This document shows positions 50,267-60,432 of a DNA stretch of 64,000 nucleotides, in pieces (positions within the stretch are counted from its first letter, which is position 1; each line of letters starts with the position of its first letter). Made by a program: the position numbers and the translations under genes. The notes under the pieces were generated by a model, which saw only the letters and a list, made by a program, of their open reading frames with translations, was not told the origin of the DNA and did not search any database. Source of the stretch: Paraspadella gotoi. Its lineage: Eukaryota; Animalia; Chaetognatha. The DNA lies in the NCBI GenBank assembly GCA_051294375.1, contig CM119267.1, positions 7,354,749 to 7,418,748 of the forward strand. Reading direction: 5' to 3'.

Positions 50267-52168
50267 TTATGGAAAGTATTTTCTGAGCTCCAACGCCTCC
50301 GTGGCCATCTCCCCAGCGCTCCTCCAGCTCTCAGGCTCCTCGGCTTTGTCGTGATACTCCAGCGCTTCGTAGATGTCGTCGTTACGCTCGAAGTCGCCTT
50401 TTCGGCGCGGGAGTACGTGCACATGTACATGGGCCACGGACTGCCCAGCATCGGTGCCGTCCTGTACAGATACAGTGGCGGAGGTGGCGCCGAAATGGCT
50501 CTCCGCCACCTTTGCGACGCGTTGGGTCAGGAGGAAGAGGTCCGCCACTTCTTCGGGGAGCAGCTAAGCAGTAGAAAAAGAAAGATTAATAGAGGTAAAG
50601 AGAGGTAGGATTCGATTTAAACGCAATAAGGCGAGAGTTTTACAATCAAGCACCAACCTCTGACACTCGAGCAACGCGCCTCTTGGGAGCAATTAATACG
50701 TGACCAGGAAGAACGGGTTTCCGGTTCACGAAAGCGAAGGAGAGACGCGTCGAGTGGAAAACGACTTCCGGTGAAAGAATAACGTGATCCCCAAAGACGA
50801 AGGTATCCGAAAAACGGGAAGCAGAAGAAGCGGGGTCGTTCATAGTTGCAAAGATTTCCCCGTAAATATCTTTTCTGTTTCAAAAATAAAAGTAAAAAAG
50901 TCATATACAGACATGTGCAAAAGAAAAAAAACAAAAGAAAAAAAAAACCGCCACTTTATATCAGCTTTTTAAAAAAATGACTGATAATCTCATCTCCTTC
51001 GAGATGCCAACCTTCGGTGAGCCGATAACGGCATCTCACTTCGAATGCGCCTCAGACTTTCCAAGTCGATGGGCGCCACTTTGACGTCATCGTCGGCGCC
51101 GCATTCGACGAGGACGCGCCCCCACGGGTCAACGATCATGGCGTGACCGTAAGCGACCCTTTTCTCGTTTAGGCGTCCAACCTAAAAATGAGTTTTTGAA
51201 AAGACCCACGGAAAAATTATTCGCTCCTTTGATCTACAAGCTTCCTTCCCAATGCCCGCTTTGAGAACCCCCTCCAAACCTGGGCGGCGGCGATGACGTA
51301 GGCCTGATTCTCGATGGCCCTGGCGCGAAGAAGGGGTTCCCAGTGAGCTTTGCCCGTCGGTACCGTGAAGTTGGAGGGAAAGGTAAGGATTTCCGCGCCT
51401 TGGTTATAGGGGAGGAAGAGTTATAATCAGAATATCCTAGAAAAAAAAAAAATAAACAAAAAACGCAGAGACGCACCGGCTGCCGTGAGAGCGTGAGATG
51501 ATTCGGGGAAACGGAGATCGTAGCAAATCTGCAGCCCAACTCGGCCGATCGGAGTTGATAAGGGAGACTTAAGTTCGGAACCTTTATGAGCAGTAACGTG
51601 AAAACAACATAAGTTTAACAGAGACAAAGAAACTAGTAAGAGTAGAAGAGATGATTACGTGTGGAAAAATGTACGAACTAAAATTATTTATTATTGTCGG
51701 AATTCTCTTTGATTAATCTTCTCGTATTTTCTCACCTTCTCTTATCGTGTCAGATTCTTTTAACTTGGGTCCGTTCTCGATGTCGACATCGAAAAGATGA
51801 ATCTTGTCGTAAACGGCGACAATGTTTCCTTCTCCGTTGACGACGACGTGGGAGTTGCCCGATCGAGGGTCGTCGTCATCTATTCGACGGTGCATCCCTC
51901 CCAACGAGACCCAGACACCAGTCTCCTTGGCAGCCGCACGGATCCCGGCCACGAAGGGGCCATCAAGCCCCTCACTCAAGAGCCACGCCTCTTGCTTTCC
52001 ATTGGAGACGAAGTCGTAGCATTCCGGAAGAAAGGTCACCACCGCGCCCAGACGGTGCGACTTTCGGATCGCCGACAAGCACGCCGCCAGGTTGGCATCC
52101 TTGTCGGCCCCGCATGACAATTGGCAGACCGCCGCCAAGGGCGGGGTACGAGAGGAAGACGTCGACAT
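50267..52168 (-). CDS. NitFhit: NitFhit fusion (Nit1 nitrilase + FHIT hydrolase)
   Basis: Nitrilase triad [20 protein letters not shown]; intron 51011-50875 joins HRR-KDIYG in frame to [13 protein letters not shown] and the HIT motif [14 protein letters not shown]. An alternative upstream ATG lies at 52240. Confidence 0.92.
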
Positions 52169-52233
52169 TCTTGTCAAAATCCGGAGAAAGTATTTATCAC
52201 AGAAGACTTTTTTTAGAAGGGGAATAAATTGCT

Positions 52234-52245
52234 GGCGCATGCGCC
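52234..52245. promoter_or_regulatory. NRF1-like palindrome at the head of the co-oriented gene run
   Basis: GGCGCATGCGCC, about 70 bp upstream of the NitFhit ATG (52168); matches the GCGCATGCGC core. Confidence 0.4.
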
Positions 52246-52892
52246 CAAACGCTTTCAACCCGGTCGGTTAGTCATGAAGTTAGTTTTCAATTCATTCTTG
52301 TAAGATTTTACATCTAATTACAGTAATAAAAGTAATTATAATAATACTATGCCTAAGGCAAAGATCACGATGAATCACAAAAAGAAAGAAAAAAATTATT
52401 CGCGCGAAATTTATATATATATATAGATAAATGTATATATTGTACGAAAAAGTTGCGAAGCTTAACTAGTGAAAAAACATTTGAAAGCTAAAAATGTAAC
52501 GGCACACTAACGATAATAAAAATCACGAATCGGACAGGAGAAGAAAGGAGATCTCTCTGTTAGATACAAATATTATTTAATATTGTTTGAGCGAAGTTAA
52601 ATTCGTTTGATTGCCTCTTTAGCCATAAGTATAGTTAACGTGCGTCATATGTAGTGTTTTAAAAAATGAAAATGAATTAGTGTCGGCAATAGGCAACGTA
52701 GCGACCAGAAAAAGAGCCAGAAAATGAAAAGAGTCAACTTTAGAAAAGTAATTTTCTTTACATCATGCTGCAATGACTAGACAATAGACATCGTTGTACA
52801 AAATTTCGAAAAAGAGAAACTACGTTGCCAGTATTATTGAGAAAAAAATTCAATTTAAAGTCAGAGATAGAATAAGGTAACTTTGGGAGCCA

Positions 52893-53368
52893 ACTTCCGG
52901 TTCAGAGTGATGACGTCATCAACATTCCAATCTGATGACGTCATCAACATTCCAATCTGATGACGTCATCAATCTATTTATAGATAATACGATGACGTCA
53001 TCAATCTATTTATAGATTGGTCACTTCCGGTTCCGGTTACTTCCGGTTCTGGTCACTTCCGGTTCAGGTCACTTCCGGTTCTGGTCACTTCCGGTTCTAG
53101 CCACTTCCGGTTTAGACCGATGACGTCATCATCATTCAATACGATGACGTCATCCACATTCCAATATAATGACATCATCATTCTATTTATAGATTGCTCA
53201 CTTCCTGTTCCGGTCACTTCCGGTTCCGGTTACTTCAGGTTTTAATTACTTCCGGTTCTGGTCACCTCCGGTTACACAGATGACGTCACTCATTTTGATA
53301 CGATGACGCAATCTCAATATTTTTGGGGGAATCCCCTACTTCTGGTCTTAGTCATTTTATATATAGAT
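52893..53368. repeat. Array of CRE palindromes and ETS motifs (probable terminal repeat/origin region of the element)
   Basis: 7 x TGACGTCA (three as TGATGACGTCATCA at a 25-bp period), 9 x ACTTCCGG (six at a 16-bp period, 53023-53110), ATCTATTTATAGAT hairpins and GGGGAATCCCC. Confidence 0.9.
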
Positions 53369-53580
53369 CAATGACATCATTATTTCTGGGAAATACTAAA
53401 TTTTTGTTTTTTTTTCAACGACTTTTCGATAACAACCACTTTCGACCTCAGTAAATTTGACATTCGGTATATTATCACGAATAAATTAAACTATCTTACT
53501 AAAGAAATAACTAACTCGAACTTTTAAAAATAATAAATTATTAACATGTCGAAAGATGAAAGCGAAAAAATGTATTGAAA

Positions 53581-53945
53581 TAACGTAACAATCGCAGATA
53601 TTAAAAATAAAAATGGATCTCAGCAAACCCCCAATAGAATTCAAGTAGTTATCGAATTCGAGGAAGCGCAGCGAAGCGAAGCTTCATCGAATTCGAATTT
53701 AAAAAAAATCAATGATAGACGCGCAACTATTTATCATTGTATATAATAACTATATTTTAAATCACAAAATGACATTTTTAAATTAACGTAACAATATCAG
53801 ATATTAAGAATCAAAATGGATTTCAAGAAACCCCCAATGGAAATCAAGTAGTTATCAAATTCGATGAAGCGGAGCAAAGCGAAGCTTCATCGAATTCGAA
53901 TTAAAAAAAAATCATCGATAGACGTGAAACTATTTATCACTGCTA
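53581..53945. repeat. Tandem duplication (~203-bp period), each unit carrying a long hairpin
   Basis: Units start TAACGTAACAAT at 53581 and 53784; each has TCGAATTCGA.GAAGC..GCTTCATCGAATTCGA (~16-bp stem). Confidence 0.85.
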
Positions 53946-55000
53946 CAATAAGTACATTTCATATCGCAATTTACACATTTGTAAGGATACTTATCGAGTA
54001 TTTCATCACTTTTAAACCAAAGAAATTCAATCACGTCAGAGACATTAGTAAGTTCTTTGATGGAGAAGCAGGTGAAGTCATCGATCTTAATATCGGGATC
54101 ATCCTCCACGTCTATCTTCAGCGAATAAGGAAAGAAAGTTAAGTTCCGTCTCTTCATCGTCGGAATCGTGAACAAACAAATCGATATAAAACTTTTTCAT
54201 GTTGATTCTCATGACATCAACTTCATCGCCTTGGTCATCCCAACTTATACACACCCCGCGTCGCACAAATGCTTGTTAAGTTTTTCTAAATGATGAGAGA
54301 CGAGAAGTTTGTATTCTGACAAATCAATCGTTAATGAAGTTTCAACGGTCATGGAGTCGTTTAACTCGCTTTTAATGAGTTTGATTTTCTCATTTTTAAG
54401 TCCAACAAAATACAGTCCGTTATAAATTTCATAGTTATTTCCTAATTGCATCTAATTAAAAAAGATTACAATTACTTTTAAGTTATTTGTACAAAGACAG
54501 AATAGAGTCGCGATGATCATTTAAAAATAAAGAAACAAAACGATGTTTTCTTGTCCACAGATAGCCAAGTCTAATTCGCATTTGTCAAAATTGTTTTTAC
54601 GGATGAACGCCTTGTTTCTTTCAGGTTGGTTTCCGGGTTTTATCATCAGCTCGATGTCGATCTGTGTTTCCAAATGGCATTTTCAAACTTTGAACGGTGT
54701 CTTTTGTTTCAGACTTCTCCATGAAATTTAAAAGTAGTTTTAAATTCTCTTTCGAACAAAATGTAACAAAATCATCAACGGACCACCAGATAGTTTTCTT
54801 AATTTGCAAACATTTGTTTGGTCTTTTAATTTCAGTGACGAAAATATGACTACCCTTTTAGCAATTATGGTCATTCCGTGATAAATTCCACTTTTTGGTT
54901 TAACTGAACATTTTGCCCGGTGTTTTAAAATATTATCGCCTTCAAATGCTATTTTATATATTTTAAGAAATAAAAAATTAAACAAAAGGTACCTATTCGC
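53930..55000 (-). pseudogene. Frameshifted spliced ORF of the element, unknown product with C-terminal Cys cluster
   Basis: Consecutive short ORFs (54740-55027, 54621-54809, 54245-54451, 53930-54175) in shifting frames; ends YKCVNCDMKCTYCSSDK. Confidence 0.4.
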
Positions 55001-55151
55001 ACTAACTCGCACAAAACCTAACGTCAATCAAAAATTTCAACTATTTCATTTCTGCAAACAATAGACGTCTGTCAATTTACCTATTTTAAATAAAATCTAT
55101 AGTGAATAGAATTCGACAAATGGAATATTTAATATTGAAAAAACAAAACAT

Positions 55152-56765
55152 TTAAAGATAATGGTCCCAATAATAATTGTCTTCTTCTCGAATCTCATTC
55201 CTTTGATTTCTATGATTTTCAAACGTCACCAGTTCTGAAATATAAATAGCACTTAACATTAACCTAACATTTTTTATGTTTAAATATAATATATATTACC
55301 AACTTCGTCGTAAATATTCCCGCGTCCCCCTTCTTCATTTTGATATACGGGTAAGTTTTCATTTTCTGGGTCATCATCATCATCCTCCCACTCATCGTCC
55401 GGCCATCCATAAGCTTCTCCAACCCCCTCCCCCTCTCCTTCGCCTCGTTCTTCTTCGTCATCCTCCACACTCGTCCGAAGACCACCCACATCCGGTTCTG
55501 GAGGGGGAGCCCCCAATTCCTCCAATTCCGCTAACTCTTCATCTTCATTTAATGGCACCATTATTGCGGCGCCATCGTTGTAAATAATGAGTTTTCTCTC
55601 TCCATTCTTCTTCTCCTTCTTCTCCCTCGTCTTAATAATGGAAACATCGACCTGTCCTGTCGATTTCTCAATCTCCCCCCTATCCACATCATCAAGAAAC
55701 CTCCACATCTCCTCCCATAACTATCCAACTGAGTATAACCATAGTTTTAATACTCTTTATTTCTTCTCGTATATCATTGCTAAAAAACAAAAATTGAAAT
55801 ATAGTAAAATAATGCCTACGTTATAACATTACAATAAAATTTACTTCGATCCTTTGCCTTTTCTTTCTTCAGCCGTTCCACCATCATTCAACGTTGTATT
55901 TGAATTTGCATTGCCAATTGTTCGTTCCATCGGCCTCGCCGTCGTCATTGTCCAGTTTGATAAGATTGTTTTAGAGTTTAAAATTGTCGTTGTTGAGGTA
56001 GTGGTTGGGGCGGTGACAGTGCGCTAGTCAAATTAACTCATGAATGGTTGCATTTGTGGTATAAACTGTAGTTAAAAGTTAAAGTGAATGGTGGCTGTCG
56101 TTGTTGTTGTTGCCTGGCTTATCGTTGTGTTATGATGCGTTTGTTTCTGATGTTGCTTATAATTTTGAATTTGATATGTAGTTGTTTGGGTATTGGTGGA
56201 TGCACTCGTTAAATTTATTTCTTGAATGGTTGCGTTTGGGATTACAATTATTGGCTTAATAGTTGCGACTGAGTGCGTAGAAAGTAAATTAGTTGGTTTT
56301 AAAGTCGTTGCGTTGTTCTGTTACGGGAGTCTGTTGTTGTTGTCGTTATAGGAGTCGTTGTTGTTGTCGTCATCGTCGTTGGTTTTACAGTTGTTGTTGT
56401 CATAGGAGAATTCGTTGTTGTCATTGTCGTTGTTGTTGTTGTTGGAGTATTTGCTGAGGAAAGTGTATTGCTCGAGCTGAATGGTTTTACAGTTGTCGTT
56501 GTTGTCGTTCTTGGGGTAGTAGTAGTCATTGTCGTTGAAGTTGTCATGGTGCGCGTTGAACGCGTTATTTGTTTTGTTGTTCTTCTTAACCATGGTGGCA
56601 AACGCTTAGTATTCTTTGTATGCACCTAACGTTTAATTTGTTTAGTAAAATATATACTAAAAATATTCTTTTTAAATATACATAAAAACTTACGTCATCA
56701 ATGTCCACATCGCAGACGACGGCTCCGAATATAAACAATAAAACCACAAGTTTCTTTATTTGCAT
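55152..56765 (-). CDS. Mucin-like type I membrane glycoprotein with acidic tyrosine-motif tail (4 exons, several frameshifts)
   Basis: Signal peptide MQIKKLVVLLFIFGAVVC; Thr-rich exon 56625-55845; TM MVILSWIVMGG/CGGFLMMWIG followed by an Arg run; tail ..PVYQNEEGGRGNIYDEV|ELVTF..NYYWDHYL*. Introns 56693-56626, 55844-55780 and 55299-55235 are GT-AG and phase-compatible. Confidence 0.65.
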
Positions 56766-57198
56766 TTTGAAAATGTTTAATTCACTATTAAAAAAGAAAG
56801 GCGAACAAAAAGAAAGAAGAAAGAGAATTGTGAGTTTTAAACCAGACAGGATAAGAATAGGAAGAGACAGAGAAAGAAAAAACAAAAAAAATCGATCGAC
56901 TCGTGATTTTTTAAAAAATAGATAATAGGAGATAAGAAAAAAAAAACTCACAGAGCCAGATTGTCGCATAATAGAATATTTGTTTAAGAAAAACTGAATA
57001 TCAATCAAAACGATTGTGCAATATTAATACAATACATATTCAACAACCTAGTTTTTAATTAAATAGACAGACCCTTTTGAGTTTTATTTTCTTAAAACTA
57101 TAAATACTGAAATATTTTAAAAATCGAAAACCTAAAAGGAAAAAATTATCTATCTCTCTCTCTCTCTCTCTATCACTGTATCTCTGTGTTTTTTTTAT

Positions 57199-57886
57199 AT
57201 GGAGGTTGAAAATTCTTTATCCTGTCCAGTGTGTTATTCGTCATTTTTACACATTGATAAAATATACAGTTGCAGCCAAGGTAAATTAATCTTTCATTTT
57301 AAATTTATTTACGACTAAATAAATGACATCGAAGTAACTTAATATAAATTATAGGTCACCCAGTGTGTGCCCAGTGTTTCGATCAATTAATATCGAGAAA
57401 AGGCGCATCTTGCGCTATTTGTCGAAACTTGGTTAGTTATATTTGTAACATTTTTTAAAAAATTATTTTATGTTAATTATGAATTTTAATAATTTTAGTT
57501 CATCACTCGTTGCGAGGTTTGTTCACAGTTTCAATTTACGTCATACTGCAGAGCGAGAAGCTTCGAAGATTCGATCAAAGTCATTTCTAATTATAAGTAA
57601 ATTATTTAAGTCCATTTGGGAAATACAATCGAATACAAAAAAATTAATTATTTTTTAGGCAAGAAGCTAAATCTCGCGACTCTACCATCGATTCTTTACG
57701 CGACTCTCTCAGATCAGCCCAACTGACTATCGTTCAATTGACTAGAGAAAACCGCCGCAAAGATGAATGCATCGAGCAAATCAATAAATGGGAAAAGGTC
57801 GATAAATTATATCTATATTTAAATTATACATATTTATAAATAATATTAATCTATAATAATTACAGACGGTTAGATATGGAATCTAA
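57199..57886 (+). CDS. Sina/SIAH-type RING finger plus coiled-coil protein, 138 aa, 5 exons (missed by the ORF track)
   Basis: Exons 57199-57280, 57355-57431, 57499-57596, 57659-57797 and 57866-57886 splice in frame: MEVENSLSCPVCYSSFLHIDKIYSCSQGHPVCAQCFDQLISRKGASCAICRNL..IDSLRDSLRSAQLTIVQLTRENRRKD. Confidence 0.8.
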
Positions 57887-58713
57887 CGACGATGACGATT
57901 TCGAAGACATCCCTCTTGTCGTTTTTGAAAATAACGATTTTCGCAATAGCCAAAATGAAGCCGCCGAAGGCCCATCGGTCAAAAAATTGGCAAAAAGGTA
58001 ATTTGTCATAGAAAAATGATTAATGTCTGTTTTAGATATTATACACATATTTTACACTCATAGACCTCAAACTTTGCGTCAATCGACCTTGCACGAGTCG
58101 GGGGGAGTAGACGACATGCACAAGGCGGCAAAAATCACACCATCCGACTACTGGACACTGAGCCCATACACCATGGTCACTTTGAACGAAGAAGACTACG
58201 GCGTCAAGATTCAAGGAAAGATTCGTCGATCCTACGCCTAAGACTTCGGACTTTTCTGGCGGGCTAAAGTCCAAGTCGCGAGCCATCGAACCGGTCACCA
58301 GCATCTCGCTAAACAAAGGGAAGTCACCCGTCTTTTGAGCCTGTACGAGTTGAAGATCGAAGACGAGCTGAAGAAACTGGAAGGCGTTGGTGAAATAGCG
58401 GACATCGTTAACGGACCTAGGTAATAACTAAGTAATGAAAGAGAAAGAGAGAGAATAAAAGAAATTACATAAAAAATATAATTAATACGGTATAATTTTT
58501 AAAGGTACGCGTTAACGCAAAGTCTTGGCATAAGCATGTCAATTTTCAAATCGAAAGACGATATGCCAAGGTCAACGTGGCCCTTCGACCCTACTACTTC
58601 GACGCAAACCTTGGTCTTTTGTTTGTCACCTCTAACTTATCCGGTATTTCTCTTCACGCCGACGAGTTTCGCAACTTATTAAGTTGCTCAAAAAGATCGT
58701 CAAAGCGCTTTAA
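57876..58713 (+). CDS. Tandem PC4/Sub1-like ssDNA-binding protein (3 exons, frameshifted)
   Basis: Acidic N-terminus MESNDDDDF. Domain 2 YALTQSLGISMSIF..VNVALRPYY..SGISLHADEFRNL resembles PC4 (IDIREY..GISL..EQW..L). Domain 1 WTLSPYTMVTL..KIRRSY..SISLNK is weaker. Confidence 0.55.
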
Positions 58714-58916
58714 GGGACACCGCATCTTAGTCGTTGGAGGCTAAATAACTTTTTTATTTCGAATCACAAACTAAATTTTCCTCGAATTAAAAATAAGAAA
58801 AAACTTCTGATTTTTTGTTTTATTTTTTGGGATGGGAAAATTGAATGCGATAAAAATAAACAAAAGCGTGCGCTAACAGAATGATTACATTTGATTGGTA
58901 TATGTTATTTCAGACA

Positions 58917-59390
58917 ATGCTAGATGATATTGAAACTAATTCTTTGGGGGAAAAGACTCTCCGAGAGATGAGACTCTAATTGGTTATCGAACCCGGGAAG
59001 TGGAATTATCGTACCATCGGCGCCGCGTCAATACCACAAGTCATACTTTGGCTTTACAGTCAAAAGACTCTTACAGACTTTGATCAATGCGGATAAAGTT
59101 TTTCACGAAAACTTTTTAACACTGAACAACACGGTTCACCACGCCCTCTCTTTTATGCATCGACGCAAGAACGAAACGGGCGATTCTTGGGAGAAATCGA
59201 AAGAGGACATCCTCAGGCTTCTTAGTCTTTCGCAACCTCCACATCTGGGCGAATTGGAAATCTTCATGGATCGAGCCATCGAGCGCTTTCTCAAACGCCA
59301 ACCATCCTCGAAGGATTGAAAGAAACTCAAATCGTTTACGAGACGGACTCTACTCAAAAGTATTTGCCGCACGATATGTTTGAAATTCTT
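58917..59390 (+). CDS. Orphan element ORF (interrupted)
   Basis: TTTCAG acceptor then ATG at 58917; coding-like frames including ORF 59080-59319; one in-frame stop and frameshifts. Confidence 0.35.
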
Positions 59391-59425
59391 AGTAGCATTG
59401 GTAAAAGAATGTTTTACTTTATAGA

Positions 59426-59710
59426 ATGGTTCGATCGTTACGACGGGTGTTTACCTATAATAAACTTTTGAATCAGCAACGTATGATCTGGCACTATAGC
59501 GTTGTACAACATAACCGTATATTTAAAGAGGACAATAAACGCGCGTTTTATAGCTATCACAGTCTTTGGGAAGAAGAAATAAATAGTATATGTAGAACTA
59601 CGGCTCGTCACATCTTTCACGAAGACCCTTACGAGGGCAATTGTCACTGTCATTTTATAAATGGTTCTTCTTATAAAGCTAGAGTCCTCGAATTTATTGA
59701 AAAAAAATAA
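59426..59710 (+). CDS. Orphan 94-aa element ORF
   Basis: Acceptor-like TTTTACTTTATAG one base before the ATG; intact frame ending CHCHFING..EFIEKK. Confidence 0.45.
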   Translation: MVRSLRRVFTYNKLLNQQRMIWHYSVVQHNRIFKEDNKRAFYSYHSLWEEEINSICRTTARHIFHEDPYEGNCHCHFINGSSYKARVLEFIEKK

Positions 59711-59750
59711 TTGTATTTTTTTGTCAATTGCGTTTTATCTTTTAGTTATC

Positions 59751-60311
59751 ATGGGTGATTAATTCACTTAGCCTTGCAAGCCGTCCACAATTTGGATATC
59801 TAACATTGGGCATAGACCAACTGTATTTGGCACTAACAAATTAGTGTTTTCATCCGATTCGTCAAGCAAAAAACCTGTCAAATATCGGAGATAACCGCTC
59901 GATTGGAGACTTGTCAACTTCCCTCTTGTACGCCAAATTGAAGTTAAAAAAGTACAAGAGGTCGAGATATTTGCTTCATCAAAATGCGAACCTTTATCGC
60001 AAGGGTTTCTCATGGTCAAAGACGAGTCGCGCGAACGCAAGGACATTGACAAAAACCTCAAGGGTTTTTATCGCAAGGTCATCAAGGCTCTTCTTCGAGA
60101 CCTATCTCGTTTTCTCGTCAAGCTACGTCACCTTCGCCACTGCACAGACATTGTGATAGACTCATTGAAAAATTTAGGGGTTAGGGCTATGGTTTTTCAT
60201 TATTTGGTTCCGACTCTCACCTCGATAACAAATATTGTCATATTAACCGACAATGTGATGCGATCCGTTCACGAAGAGTTGGCGAAGATTATAAAATTTA
60301 TACGGGATTAA
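59751..60311 (+). CDS. Orphan element ORF(s), spliced and/or frameshifted
   Basis: Acceptor TTTTAG then ATG at 59751; helical-looking frames at 59911-60156 and 60012-60311. Confidence 0.35.
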
Positions 60312-60432
60312 TTTCCGAGGATATGATCGATAACTTTTCTCTAACCTAATTTTTCTTTTACTTTTCTAGGTTTAATGTCTGATGACAACCTTTGGACTTG
60401 AGAAAGAAAAAAGACTCAAAAAAAACTGAATC

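Noticed and set aside
1821-52117. Numerous plus-strand ORFs in the host region
   Set aside because: They are antisense shadows of GC-rich minus-strand exons with no recognisable motifs.
52692-52830. 10-bp inverted repeat GGCAACGTAG / CTACGTTGCC (MITE or RFX half-sites)
   Set aside because: Too short, with no target-site duplication seen.
53355-53368. Helitron-like 5' end (TCTATATATAAAA on the minus strand)
   Set aside because: No convincing hairpin plus CTAG 3' end was found to the left; the array fits better with the adjacent pPolB element. Not fully excluded.
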